A DNA stretch of 64,000 nt from an uncultured Bacilli bacterium (GCA_947626095.1 CANQQV010000009.1:1-64000); one strand, 5' to 3'; counted from the stretch's first letter, positions 28,443-38,375 are shown. Made by a program: numbers and translations. The notes: generated by a model not told the origin, from the sequence alone.

Positions 28443-29087
28443 TTAATTTTTTAAACTACTTATATCATTATTTTTTATATACTCAAAGACTTCTTTAAAT
28501 TCATTATCTATAGGATATAGTTTGGTATCAGTAGCAAGCCAGATAGCGGAAAAACCTTTAGCACCATTTTTAATTAGTTCTTGAGCTTCGGCTGAATTAT
28601 ATTCATAGTTATCTTCTTGATCAGTAAAACTAACATAACCTTGTTCATCATATAATTTGGCTTGTAAATCGCACTCTAATTTATCACATTGATAAGCAAA
28701 GTAAGCCTCTTTAGTTTTTCGTTCATCAAATTCTAAAATAAGATTTTCTAACTTTTCACCATCAATTAAGTCCTTTAAAATTTCATGAATAGCAGCATGG
28801 CCTTTGGCAGTTTTAGAAGCATAATCAGAGGATGTTATTTCGATATCACCAATTACTGTTTCTTCTAGTTCGTGAATAGCTAGCATAAAGATAACTTTTT
28901 CTAAGTCAATATCAATTTGATATTCAGATTTCATAGCTATGGCTAACATTTCGGTACTGTAGATATGTTCAGCAACACTTTCAACTCTTTCTTTTTTGAT
29001 GTGCCATGTTAACCAACCACTACGAATAACATCTTTTAATTTATTACATAAAATATAAAATTTAATAACACTTTCAGCTTTGTTCAT
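28443..29087 (-). CDS. HD-domain 5'-deoxynucleotidase-like (YfbR/HDDC2 type)
   Basis: LKDVIRSGW, ESVAEH, IHELEE..GD, DKLE. Confidence 0.85.
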   Translation of the reverse strand: MNKAESVIKFYILCNKLKDVIRSGWLTWHIKKERVESVAEHIYSTEMLAIAMKSEYQIDIDLEKVIFMLAIHELEETVIGDIEITSSDYASKTAKGHAAIHEILKDLIDGEKLENLILEFDERKTKEAYFAYQCDKLECDLQAKLYDEQGYVSFTDQEDNYEYNSAEAQELIKNGAKGFSAIWLATDTKLYPIDNEFKEVFEYIKNNDISSLKN

Positions 29088-29105
29088 AATACAACCTTCT
29101 TTTTA

Positions 29106-30167
29106 CTAATTATAAATACGGGGTACTCTTTTGCCAATAGTACATAAGATTTCATAAGGAATAGTATCTAAATATTTAGCGACTTCATTAATATGATTAA
29201 TATCTTTTAAAATAACAACATCGTCCCCGACTTTAACGGAGTTATCAATTTTAACAAATAACATATCCATACAGATATTACCAATTATTGGGTATCTTTG
29301 ATTATTTATATAGACGTAACGACCAGTATTTTTACGAATAATACCATCGGCATAACCGATACAAACGACAGCGATTAGTTCATCAGTTTTGGCAATATAA
29401 GCCCCACCATAACCTAGTTTGTCACCTTTATGAAGTTCATTTATTTGAATAACTTCACTATGTAAGCTAATAGTTGATGCTAGTTTTAAGTCTTCTTTAT
29501 ATGTAAAACCATACATGATAATGCCGAGACGGCACCCATTTATAAAAGGTAATTTAGGATAGTTAATTAAAGTTTCACTAGCAGCCAGATGAATAATAGG
29601 TATTTCTTCAAAATTAAGATCGGTAATTAACTCTTTAAATTTAGTAATTTGATTTTCCGTATCTTTTTTATTATTCGCATTATAGATATGAGTGAATAAG
29701 CCTTCGATAGTAATTTGATTATCTTTTAATAAAGAATAAGTTTCATTTATTTCTTCTTTTACTCTTATACCTAGACGATTCATGCCGGTATTTATTTTTA
29801 AATGAACTTTTAAATTAGAGTGATTCTCTTTTATAAGTTCTTTAGTATAAGATAATGAACTAATGGTTATCGTAATATTATTTTCTTCACAGATAGTTAG
29901 ATACTTCGGGTTTATAACACCTAGACAAAGAATAGGAATATCTTTGTACTCTGCTCTGATTTCTAAGGCTTCATCTAAAGTAGCAACAGCGAGATAATTA
30001 CAACCACCAGCTATTATTGATTTAACAACAGCAAGATCATTATGACCATAACAATCAGCTTTAACAACACCAAAATAATATTGATATTCAGGATATGATT
30101 TAATAATTTTTTGGACGTTATTTTCAATATTTTTTAAATTAATTTTAGCGTAAGTATTACGATACAT
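29106..30167 (-). CDS. alr: alanine racemase
   Basis: VVKADCYGH, HLKINTGMNRLG, GYADG, GNICMD. Confidence 0.95.
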   Translation of the reverse strand: MYRNTYAKINLKNIENNVQKIIKSYPEYQYYFGVVKADCYGHNDLAVVKSIIAGGCNYLAVATLDEALEIRAEYKDIPILCLGVINPKYLTICEENNITITISSLSYTKELIKENHSNLKVHLKINTGMNRLGIRVKEEINETYSLLKDNQITIEGLFTHIYNANNKKDTENQITKFKELITDLNFEEIPIIHLAASETLINYPKLPFINGCRLGIIMYGFTYKEDLKLASTISLHSEVIQINELHKGDKLGYGGAYIAKTDELIAVVCIGYADGIIRKNTGRYVYINNQRYPIIGNICMDMLFVKIDNSVKVGDDVVILKDINHINEVAKYLDTIPYEILCTIGKRVPRIYN

Positions 30168-30183
30168 AATAAAACTCCTTTAT

Positions 30184-30786
30184 TTAATAACTATAATCAT
30201 AGACATAGTCTATACCATATTCTTGTAAAATATAATATTTTTTTAATACTTGACCAATTTCTTTAACATTGTCATTTGGATATGTAGATAATAACTCATC
30301 AGGAATAATACTTGGTAAATCTAAGGGAATTAAGTCATTACCAATTATTTGGAAAGCAAAATTATTAAAAGCATCAAGTAAGTATTCATTGTTATTATCT
30401 TTTAAGACGACTGCAACATGATTAGCAGTAGCGGGAGTAGCACGATGCCAAGTATCTGTTTCATCAGTTTTTATATAAAGTAAAGAAACATTAAAACCTA
30501 AAATTCTTAAAATATCATTTATTAACAAGTTAATATGACGACAACAAGCAATGCCATACATAACTTGTAATGGCTCATTAGCTAGAGTGAGATAATTAAA
30601 TGATGGAGAATAACGCATTTCGTTATTAAAACTAAAGTGACCATGACGAAGTAAATAATTAATTAAAGAGTAACAAGCTAAAGTATTTGACGGTTGATAT
30701 TTTGTTAAGTTATCTTTTAAAGATAATAAAAAGTCTTGATAATGATGTTCAGTTGTTTGTTCATCTTGTTTAGTTAAATATAACAT
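30184..30786 (-). CDS. transglutaminase-like protein
   Basis: GIACCRH..ILRILGF..NHVAVV..YLLDAFN. Confidence 0.6.
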   Translation of the reverse strand: MLYLTKQDEQTTEHHYQDFLLSLKDNLTKYQPSNTLACYSLINYLLRHGHFSFNNEMRYSPSFNYLTLANEPLQVMYGIACCRHINLLINDILRILGFNVSLLYIKTDETDTWHRATPATANHVAVVLKDNNNEYLLDAFNNFAFQIIGNDLIPLDLPSIIPDELLSTYPNDNVKEIGQVLKKYYILQEYGIDYVYDYSY

Positions 30787-30905
30787 GATTATCCCCCTTA
30801 GTAATTTTATTTTAGTTCTTTACTTATAGAATAATTTTCTTGGTCTAGTAATATTGTAATACATTATAATTAGAATGCAAAAGAAAAACTTGATTAAATC
30901 AAGTT

Positions 30906-31511
30906 CTATTTCTTCTTATACACTAATTTATGAAATGGTTCTTCTGGATGTGGTTTAACTAATTTATTAAAATTAATAGCAGTTAAGGAATCGGCGATTT
31001 CTTGAGGAAGAATTTCTTTTCCTTCAGCTTGATAACCATTTGAGTCTTTTTGATAACCAAATAATTCTAAATGACGTTTTAACCACCAGCCATGAACTAA
31101 GAAACGGCGATATATTTGATTTAGGTCTTCTTGAGTAAGATCTTCACCATATTTTAAGTATTTAAGTAATTCTTCTAATTTGGCATATTCAGTAACAACA
31201 AAATCATCAAAGAGATTAAGTTTTGGTTCGATTCCTTCAATATTATAATCATTTGGGGAAGCATAAACTAAATCTTCAGCCATATCATTTTTATTAATGC
31301 TAAATAGCATACCCCTTAAGACTAAACCACCTTTTATTTGAAAATTAGATATACCTAATTCCTCAAATTGATCTTCAGTATATTCTTGACCAAATTCATC
31401 AATAATGCTTACCATTGGAACAAAGGTCTTAATTAATGTTCCAGCATATACGTTGTCTCTTTTCGCGACATATTTTTTCATTATGTAATTTTTTTCTCCT
31501 TCAACAAGCAT
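30906..31511 (-). CDS. hypothetical protein
   Basis: 201-aa ORF; start uncertain (possibly MKKYVAK at 31481). Confidence 0.65.
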   Translation of the reverse strand: MLVEGEKNYIMKKYVAKRDNVYAGTLIKTFVPMVSIIDEFGQEYTEDQFEELGISNFQIKGGLVLRGMLFSINKNDMAEDLVYASPNDYNIEGIEPKLNLFDDFVVTEYAKLEELLKYLKYGEDLTQEDLNQIYRRFLVHGWWLKRHLELFGYQKDSNGYQAEGKEILPQEIADSLTAINFNKLVKPHPEEPFHKLVYKKK

Positions 31512-31560
31512 ATATTATAACGTATTTTATAACTTTTGCAAATATTGCTTATTATTTTTT

Positions 31561-32874
31561 TTAAGGTTCTACTCTATTTGGGCCACGGAAGATAAACATT
31601 GTCTCTTTTAAAGAACCTGTTTCTAAAAGAAGCATCGTAAAGCGATCAACTCCTAAGGCAAAACCGCCATGAGGAGGACAGCCATATTTAAAGAAATCAA
31701 GATAGAATTTAACATCTTCTGTTAGGCCTTTTTCTTTAGCTTGTTCGCAAAGTATTTCATATCTATGTTCTCTAATAGCAAGGGTTGTTATTTCACAGCC
31801 TTTCCATATAAGGTCGGCACCAATAGGTACACCATTAGCTCGTTGATGATAGAAGGCTCTTTTTTTCGCACTAAAGTCAGTAATAAAGACAAATTCATGA
31901 CCATATTTTTCTTTAATATATTTTGAGGCTAATTTTTCGGATTCAGCGTTCATATCACCAACATCTTCATAATTCATTTTAAAGTTATATTCTTTTTCAA
32001 GGATTTGATATAGCTCTTCTAATTTAATTCGCGGAAATGGCTTAGATGGAATGATGACGTCAACATTAAATAATTCTTTAATTTCTCTACCATATTTTTC
32101 CTTTACAGCTGTTAAGCCAGCGATAAGTAAGTTTTCTTCGAAGTCCATTAGTTCATCAAGATTTTCAAGATAACTCATTTCAATATCGAAAGATGTAAAA
32201 TCAGTAGTATGACGATATGAGTTAGAATTTTCAGCACGGAAGGCAGGAGCTATTTCAAATACTTTTTCAAAGCCACTACTCATTGCCATTTGTTTGTAGA
32301 ATTGAGGACTTTGCGCCAAATAAGCTTTACGATCAAAGTATTTTAATTCAAAGACATTAGAGCCAGATTCACTGGCGGTACTAATAATTTTAGGTGTGTG
32401 GATTTCAATAAAATTATTTTGAACAACAAATTCTCGCATAGCATTGATTAAACATGTTTGAACTTTAAACATTAAAATATTCTTTTCACTTCGTAAATCT
32501 AAAAATCGATAATTTAATCTAGTATCTAATAGTGCGGACTTGCTATCTTTATAGTTTAGGGGTAGATCTTCTAAACATCTACTAGTGACAATTATATCAG
32601 TGGGAATTAATTCATGACCATTTAGTTTTACTTTTTCATTTGGGATTAAAGTTCCCGTAATTTTAACAGTACTTTCGGCAGTCAAATTAGAAACGATTTC
32701 ATTAAGGCTTTTGTTTTCTTCATTTTTTTCAATCGTTACTTGTAGTTTACCTGTACTATCTCTAATAATTAAAAACTGAACATAAGGTAAATCACGAATA
32801 CTATCAGCAAAGCCTTCCACTGTAATACTTTTATTGTAGTATTCAGATAAATTTTTAAAATATATTTTTTTCAT
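31561..32874 (-). CDS. aspS: aspartate--tRNA ligase, short archaeal-type
   Basis: YLAQSPQFYKQM, FRAE, YGCPPHGGFALGVDR; no GAD insertion; Asp T-box. Confidence 0.9.
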   Translation of the reverse strand: MKKIYFKNLSEYYNKSITVEGFADSIRDLPYVQFLIIRDSTGKLQVTIEKNEENKSLNEIVSNLTAESTVKITGTLIPNEKVKLNGHELIPTDIIVTSRCLEDLPLNYKDSKSALLDTRLNYRFLDLRSEKNILMFKVQTCLINAMREFVVQNNFIEIHTPKIISTASESGSNVFELKYFDRKAYLAQSPQFYKQMAMSSGFEKVFEIAPAFRAENSNSYRHTTDFTSFDIEMSYLENLDELMDFEENLLIAGLTAVKEKYGREIKELFNVDVIIPSKPFPRIKLEELYQILEKEYNFKMNYEDVGDMNAESEKLASKYIKEKYGHEFVFITDFSAKKRAFYHQRANGVPIGADLIWKGCEITTLAIREHRYEILCEQAKEKGLTEDVKFYLDFFKYGCPPHGGFALGVDRFTMLLLETGSLKETMFIFRGPNRVEP

Positions 32875-32900
32875 TATTTAACCTCCTAACAAATATATAA

Positions 32901-33155
32901 TAAAAAAACAGTTAATATTATCCACAAAGGGACGAATTAACTGTTTAAATCCGCGGTACCACCCAAATTATTATATATCGTAGTAGTTTAAATATATAAT
33001 CACTCAATGTCATAACGGAACATTCCGACTTATCCTACTGTTTTTTCAGATAAGTAGCTCATAGGTGTCTTTCATTTAACTTTTATATTATCTTCCACCA
33101 AGTGATAACTCTCTATAATAAATAATTAAACTACTCTTCCTAATCACAGCTGATA
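32901..33155 (-). promoter_or_regulatory. T-box riboswitch, Asp specifier (GAC)
   Basis: AGAGAG..GGTGGAA, GAAAGACACC specifier loop, GGGTGGTACCGCG T-box, terminator AACAGTTAAT..ATTAACTGTT+U. Confidence 0.92.
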
Positions 33156-33180
33156 CGTGAATTATACCATAATCTTCTTT

Positions 33181-34068
33181 TTAGGACAAATTTTTAATAT
33201 GAAAATTTTCACAAAGACATTCATTATTTTTGGCTATTATTAAGTTAGGTACTAAGTGATGGCGAGCACCAATATTATTAATAACAACTTTAACGTTAGA
33301 TGTAGCTTGATTGAATATTTCGGCTAAGTCTTTTGCAGTTATATTTTTTCGCTTAATTACTTCACTAATATAAGTAGCAAAGAAGATATCTCCACAACCA
33401 TTGGTTTCAACTTCAGGCAATGGTTCGATATAAAAATTATATATTTGTTTTTGGTAAATAATAGTTGTGCCTTTCTTGCCTTTGGTAATTAATAACAAAT
33501 AGATATTTATTTTATTTATAAATTCATTAAAAGTTAAATTAAGTCTTTGTAAGATAAAATTTAATACTTCTTCTTTTAGATTTACTAGATAGTATTTACG
33601 AAAAATAAAGTTTGCAATTGTTTTATTATTTTCATAGATTAATTTTTGATAATAGCCAAAATCTAAACATATTTTATTAGGTATATTAGGAAGCTTAACG
33701 TAATCTTGGATGAGAATAATGTCGTCATTAGTAATGATGTTTTGAATATTTAGGTTTAAATGATAGTTTTTAGTTTTCTGCTTACAATACGGACAAGTAC
33801 TACTATAACTATTTGGGGAGATAAAGAATTTTTTGGTTTGATAGTTCTTTTCTTCTAAAAGAGTCGTATCAACATGACATTTTTCAATTAATTCTTTAGC
33901 AATTTGACCACCATAATCACGACCATAATAACCGCATATTTTTGTATTAATTCCCATATGAGAAAGATTAGCGAGAATATTAGAAACTGTTCCACCACCA
34001 TTAAGATAGATTTGATTATTATAAAAATAATAATCTAATATTAGGTTACCAATTCCAATAACAGTCAT
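33181..34068 (-). CDS. PfkB/ribokinase-family kinase (divergent, CPYC insert)
   Basis: GIGNLILD, GGTVSN, ITKGKKG, ETNGCGD. Confidence 0.8.
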   Translation of the reverse strand: MTVIGIGNLILDYYFYNNQIYLNGGGTVSNILANLSHMGINTKICGYYGRDYGGQIAKELIEKCHVDTTLLEEKNYQTKKFFISPNSYSSTCPYCKQKTKNYHLNLNIQNIITNDDIILIQDYVKLPNIPNKICLDFGYYQKLIYENNKTIANFIFRKYYLVNLKEEVLNFILQRLNLTFNEFINKINIYLLLITKGKKGTTIIYQKQIYNFYIEPLPEVETNGCGDIFFATYISEVIKRKNITAKDLAEIFNQATSNVKVVINNIGARHHLVPNLIIAKNNECLCENFHIKNLS

Positions 34069-34976
34069 TTTAACTCTCCTTTAAAGTTATAGACAGTTGG
34101 AACAATTTGATTATATTTAACATTAACAAATTCATAATTATAAGTTTGGTTTAGATATAGAAGTAAAGATAAGGATTGTAAAACTAAAAGATAATCAGCA
34201 ATAATGATGTCTTTGTTTAACTCTTCGAGAACTAAAAAGTTAGATGTTATTTTAGGTATTTCATCTATTAGTAATTGGTCTAGTTCAGTATTATGAGTAT
34301 TTAAGTAAATAACTAAAGAATCTTTATTACTAATAATGTTAGTACGTCCATGACATAAACTATATTTAGAATGAAGGCTTACTGAGGCATGGCCTGATTC
34401 AATAAAAGTTGTTTCTAAAAAAGTAGCACAAGTTTTAGATGATTCATCATAAATAATGTTAAGGTTAGTAAAAGGTTTAATAGATAAGTTAGATAGTTTA
34501 GGTATCTTAATATTTAGTTTAGTAGTATCTAAGTAATAACATAATAAAAGAGATAAAGGAATAATTGTATCATCTAAGGATATAAAACTTTTATGATGAT
34601 TAGTAATTGTATAATTTAGCAATGTTTCATTTTTTATTTTGGTCTTACGATGAGTTAAAAGATAAGTATTTAAATTAGAATTAAGTAATGATTTAATACC
34701 ATAGTTTTCACCAGAATAACTAACTAATACTAAGTTATGATAAGGAATTATATTGTGAAGGAAAAAATTTTCAACTGATATATTGTGGGTAATAATCTTG
34801 TTTTTTTGATTTAATATTTTAGCTAAAAAAGTACTTACGACACTACTACCACCAACACCACATAATAAAGTTGGTTCATTAATTTCATTCAACTTGGTGA
34901 AAATGTTATTTAAGTTGGTAACTGTTAATGAATTAGTAATGTTATCTTCTAGATTGTTAATAATTTCTTTGAACAT
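34065..34976 (-). CDS. SIS-domain (sugar isomerase/deglycase-like) protein
   Basis: GVGGS, SYSG, SFIS, second SIS E....ESG..HGR. Confidence 0.75.
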   Translation of the reverse strand: MFKEIINNLEDNITNSLTVTNLNNIFTKLNEINEPTLLCGVGGSSVVSTFLAKILNQKNKIITHNISVENFFLHNIIPYHNLVLVSYSGENYGIKSLLNSNLNTYLLTHRKTKIKNETLLNYTITNHHKSFISLDDTIIPLSLLLCYYLDTTKLNIKIPKLSNLSIKPFTNLNIIYDESSKTCATFLETTFIESGHASVSLHSKYSLCHGRTNIISNKDSLVIYLNTHNTELDQLLIDEIPKITSNFLVLEELNKDIIIADYLLVLQSLSLLLYLNQTYNYEFVNVKYNQIVPTVYNFKGELK

Positions 34977-35030
34977 AAAACCACATCCTTTATTACAGAG
35001 TAATATAAGATGTGGTAATATTTGGTCTTG

Positions 35031-35612
35031 TTAATAATTTTCGTTTAATAATTTAATATCTTTGATTCTTTTTAGTTCAAAATGACGTAAATCTTTTTTC
35101 TTTTCACAGAAAGCAGCGACACCAAAGCCGTCTTTTAAATAGAATAATTCTAAAGGATCTATTATACGTTCATTTAAACCTTTATTTAGTGAATCATAAG
35201 TAATTAGAACTTTTCTTTTTTCTTTTATAGCACGAGATAAGATATTATAAGTTGTTTGCATAGTACTAGGAATTATTTCTTTAGTATTAGAATCAACAAT
35301 AGTTTTTACTTTATCTTGTAAGATTTTTAAATATTCATTTTGCTTTGGATCTTTGGCAGTTATTTGTTTTAACATATTTAAATCATAGTTATTGAAACTA
35401 GATGAAATATTAAAATTATTTTTTACTAAGATATAGCCACCATATGGGCCATAAATGGTTTCAATGATAAAGCCAGCTTTTTCTAAATCATCTTTGTATA
35501 AACGAATCATTCGGGGTGAAACTTCAATTTTTTCAGATAGTTCATTAATAGAATATTTACGACCATTTGCTAAATAGCTTAACATTAATAAAGTATTAGA
35601 TAGTTTGCTCAT
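35031..35612 (-). CDS. HTH-WYL transcriptional regulator
   Basis: ELSEKIEVSPRMIRLY..GPYGGY; WYL domain R.IDP..L..AFCEKKKDLRHFELKRI; no WCX domain. Confidence 0.88.
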   Translation of the reverse strand: MSKLSNTLLMLSYLANGRKYSINELSEKIEVSPRMIRLYKDDLEKAGFIIETIYGPYGGYILVKNNFNISSSFNNYDLNMLKQITAKDPKQNEYLKILQDKVKTIVDSNTKEIIPSTMQTTYNILSRAIKEKRKVLITYDSLNKGLNERIIDPLELFYLKDGFGVAAFCEKKKDLRHFELKRIKDIKLLNENY

Positions 35613-35664
35613 TTATATCACTTCCAAAGTTACTATAAAGATTCCTTTTCATCAAGTATTTAAA

Positions 35665-35705
35665 ATATAACATAAAAGCGACTTACTCACAAGTCGCCTT
35701 CTTAT
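35665..35705. repeat. 41-bp direct repeat A, copy 1 (minus-strand terminator hairpin)
   Basis: 39/41 identical to 36620-36660; GCGACTT/AAGTCGC stem. Confidence 0.85.
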
Positions 35706-35740
35706 ATATCTCAATTGTTTAAAACTAATTCATTATTCAC

Positions 35741-36445
35741 CTAAAGAAGAATAAGCACAATTAGCGATAATACTATCATTATAAAATTAGTTATAGTTGC
35801 TATTATAAATAATATTTTTAAACTTAATTTTTTTTCTTTAATGCCAGCAACCGCTATAATAAAACATATAATAGAAGATATTAAAGCATAAATTGGGTTA
35901 CCACTGACACAAAAAAACAATTCTTCAACTGGTGATAAAAAAGTAACTATACTCCATAAAGTATTAGAGAGTATTGGATTTTCTTTTGACGAAAGATTTT
36001 TATCTTCATCAGATATAATTAATGTTTTACCATTTACAAAATTTTCAACTTCTTTACTAGGTAATACTGAATCATTAAAATCAAAATCTATAGATTTATT
36101 CTTAAAATAATTAATTAATTTTTCTAGATCCTTTACATTAGTTTTAAGTCTATCTTCTAGTTGAAATCGCTCGTAGTCAATATCGCTAAAATCGGTATTG
36201 AATAATTTAAAATTATAAGCGTATTTTATATCATAGCTTTTTTGATCTGGTGAAAATGAAAGAATATATAAAGATTGATCTTTAACAAGGAATTTCCAAA
36301 AATATCCACCTTCCCAAGAATAATAATAGTACTCATTATTTAATTGAAATTCTTGTCTTTCTTTAATATATTCTTTTAAAAGATTTATAACGTTTTCTAT
36401 TTCTCCTTTAAATTTTAATTCTAAAACATTGTAACTATCTTTCAT
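35741..36445 (-). CDS. hypothetical membrane protein
   Basis: C-terminal 2-3 TM helices. Confidence 0.7.
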   Translation of the reverse strand: MKDSYNVLELKFKGEIENVINLLKEYIKERQEFQLNNEYYYYSWEGGYFWKFLVKDQSLYILSFSPDQKSYDIKYAYNFKLFNTDFSDIDYERFQLEDRLKTNVKDLEKLINYFKNKSIDFDFNDSVLPSKEVENFVNGKTLIISDEDKNLSSKENPILSNTLWSIVTFLSPVEELFFCVSGNPIYALISSIICFIIAVAGIKEKKLSLKILFIIATITNFIMIVLSLIVLILL

Positions 36446-36619
36446 AATAACTACTCACTCCTATATTATAATAATAGTATAAATATAAATAATTACTTAT
36501 TCAACTGATAATTGACAAACTATTTTATTATTTTTACAACTTATCTACTTTAATTTTACATTTCATTTCTTAATATAGTAGATACTATTTTTCTATTTAT
36601 ATTGTTTTAATCTTTCTTT

Positions 36620-36660
36620 ATATAACATAAAAGCAACTTACTCACAAGGCGCCTTCTTAT
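36620..36660. repeat. 41-bp direct repeat A, copy 2
   Basis: 39/41 identical to 35665-35705. Confidence 0.85.
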
Positions 36661-36678
36661 CCTCGATCAATCGAGTTT
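36657..36678. repeat. 22-bp direct repeat B, copy 1
   Basis: TTATCCTCGATCAATCGAGTTT; 20/22 identical to 38373-38394. Confidence 0.75.
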
Positions 36679-36741
36679 TAATTCTTTAGGTTGTCGTTAA
36701 CAAAAAAATCAATCACTTTTAATAAAGTTGTACACGAACGC

Positions 36742-36770
36742 TTGTTTTTATATATAATAAATAGTATACT
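36742..36770 (+). promoter_or_regulatory. sigmaA promoter of putative toxin mRNA
   Basis: TTGTTT-17-TATACT; predicted +1 about 36777 coincides with the start of the fold-back arm. Confidence 0.65.
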
Positions 36771-36837
36771 TTTTATAGGGAATATCAGTTGTTGAGTGTC
36801 TACCTCTAATCTTTATAGAGAGGAGGTTTGATAAAAA

Positions 36838-36930
36838 ATGAAAATAAGAACTTTTATTGTAAAAGTTCTCAGGCTCATTGCTATCATTTTATTTCTCCTT
36901 ATCGTCATGATAGTAGTAATAAAAAAATGA
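36838..36930 (+). CDS. putative type I toxin, 30-aa membrane peptide MKIRTFIVKVLRLIAIILFLLIVMIVVIKK
   Basis: AGGAGG RBS with 11-nt spacer, single TM helix, terminal KK, 5'/3' UTR complementarity, convergent sRNA; absent from ORF track. Confidence 0.8.
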   Translation: MKIRTFIVKVLRLIAIILFLLIVMIVVIKK

Positions 36931-37037
36931 CACTTAATTCGCATTTGAATTAAATGTCTTCCTACAAAATATTGGGTAGACATTCAACATAGCAAAACTG
37001 AATGTTCCCTTTTTTATTTTATGCAAGTTTCCTTGAC
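36921..37037 (-). ncRNA. putative type I antitoxin RNA (antisense to toxin 3' UTR)
   Basis: Promoter TTGCAA-17-(TG)TACGAT at 37044-37072; CAAG-GAAA-CTTG hairpin; terminator GACATTTAATTC/GAATTAAGTGTC+U over the toxin stop codon. Confidence 0.75.
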
Positions 37038-37088
37038 ATATTCATCGTACCATAAAAATGATGTCTTTGCAAGTTTCGTACTATTTTG

Positions 37089-37685
37089 TTACAGAGATTT
37101 CTTTTGGCGATAAATTTCAATTAAATCAGGATCATTTTGATTAGTAGGTAAATTATCTAGAGTAAAGAATTGCATATTTTTTGATTCACTATCCCATCTT
37201 AATGTTCCTGAGTAGTTTTTAATACAATATAGAGCTGTATTGTTAATAACAACATCACCATTTGGATATTCATTTTTTCTACTCTTACCAGAAACAATAG
37301 CAATTAATTCTAGGTCATCTTCAGTGACATCTAAATTAGTTTCTTCTTTAACTTCACGAATTATTGTTTCTTCAAATCTTTCACCAAGTTCTTGGCATCC
37401 TCCTGGTAGGCCCCAACGATCATTATCTGCTCTTGATTGAAGGAGAATTTTTCCTTCTTTATTGACAATAATAGCGGCGGCACCATCTTGTAATAAAACA
37501 AATTTGTGTTTTAAATCTCCCATACATAATCTAGTAAATACTGGATAACCTATAATATTACTTAATTCAATTATTTCATCTGAGGATAGCTTTTCAACTA
37601 TTTTAGTTAATTCTTCATATGGTATATTTCTTTTTTCTTGATTTGTTAATCCTTTTATTCTTTCTAATACTTCATTATTTGACAT
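37089..37685 (-). CDS. NUDIX hydrolase
   Basis: WGLPGG.QELGE...ETIIREVKEETNL Nudix box. Confidence 0.92.
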   Translation of the reverse strand: MSNNEVLERIKGLTNQEKRNIPYEELTKIVEKLSSDEIIELSNIIGYPVFTRLCMGDLKHKFVLLQDGAAAIIVNKEGKILLQSRADNDRWGLPGGCQELGERFEETIIREVKEETNLDVTEDDLELIAIVSGKSRKNEYPNGDVVINNTALYCIKNYSGTLRWDSESKNMQFFTLDNLPTNQNDPDLIEIYRQKKSL

Positions 37686-37696
37686 ATAATACCTCT

Positions 37697-38263
37697 TTAG
37701 ATTTCTTTTAATATTTCTTTAAAAGAATTATAACCTGCTTCTTGATTTAAATGACCACCTTTATGAATAATGATTTCTTTAGCTTTAATTGAATTAGCGA
37801 AGTGTTTTAATACTTCTTGTGGAACATAAGGATCATTATCACCATAGATACAAACTATTTCTTTAACATAGTCATTAATTTTAGATATTTGACTTTCATC
37901 AACATAATAAGTTGGATTTAATTTATTATGAAGATCTGTTTCATCTTGTGATAAATAGTTATTAAAGCCACTTACTAAAATTAATTTATAAATATGAATT
38001 TTGTTTTCTAAAATATATTTTAAAGCACATATACTACCAGTTGAATGGCCGATAATAACGGTATTTTCATTTATAAAATCATATTCTTTATTATAGACAT
38101 CTAATATTTTTTCCCATTCTTTATAAATATGATGTTTATCATCAATTGGAAACTGTGGAATTATACATAGATTATTCGAGTCATCTATTTTTTGTTTAAG
38201 CCAAGGAAACCAATTTTCAATATTACTTCCTTTAAAACCATGTATTATAAAATAATTTTTCAA
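37697..38263 (-). CDS. RBBP9/YdeN-type alpha/beta hydrolase
   Basis: IIHG, WFPWL, GHSTG, DNDPYV, GGH; start probably TTG 38263 behind AGGAG. Confidence 0.9.
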   Translation of the reverse strand: MKNYFIIHGFKGSNIENWFPWLKQKIDDSNNLCIIPQFPIDDKHHIYKEWEKILDVYNKEYDFINENTVIIGHSTGSICALKYILENKIHIYKLILVSGFNNYLSQDETDLHNKLNPTYYVDESQISKINDYVKEIVCIYGDNDPYVPQEVLKHFANSIKAKEIIIHKGGHLNQEAGYNSFKEILKEI

Positions 38264-38287
38264 AGTAATCGCTCCTATTGCATTATA

Positions 38288-38375
38288 AAATAAAAGAATC
38301 ACCTATCTCAGCAATGATTTAGATGATGCTCATATATGGCAACACTCAACATGCATTATTGAATGTCCTTTTTTA
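38288..38375 (-). ncRNA. antitoxin-like sRNA remnant (orphan copy 2) in tRNA-Leu trailer
   Basis: Core TGGCAACACTCAACA(C)TGCATTATTGAATGT(T)CCTTTTTTA nearly identical to 12847-12887; homologous terminator hairpin. Confidence 0.65.

Noticed and set aside
36490-36628. Possible decayed serine-recombinase or HTH fragment (VSTILRNEM*, MLYKERLKQ)
   Set aside because: Too short, AT-rich and riddled with stops to distinguish from chance
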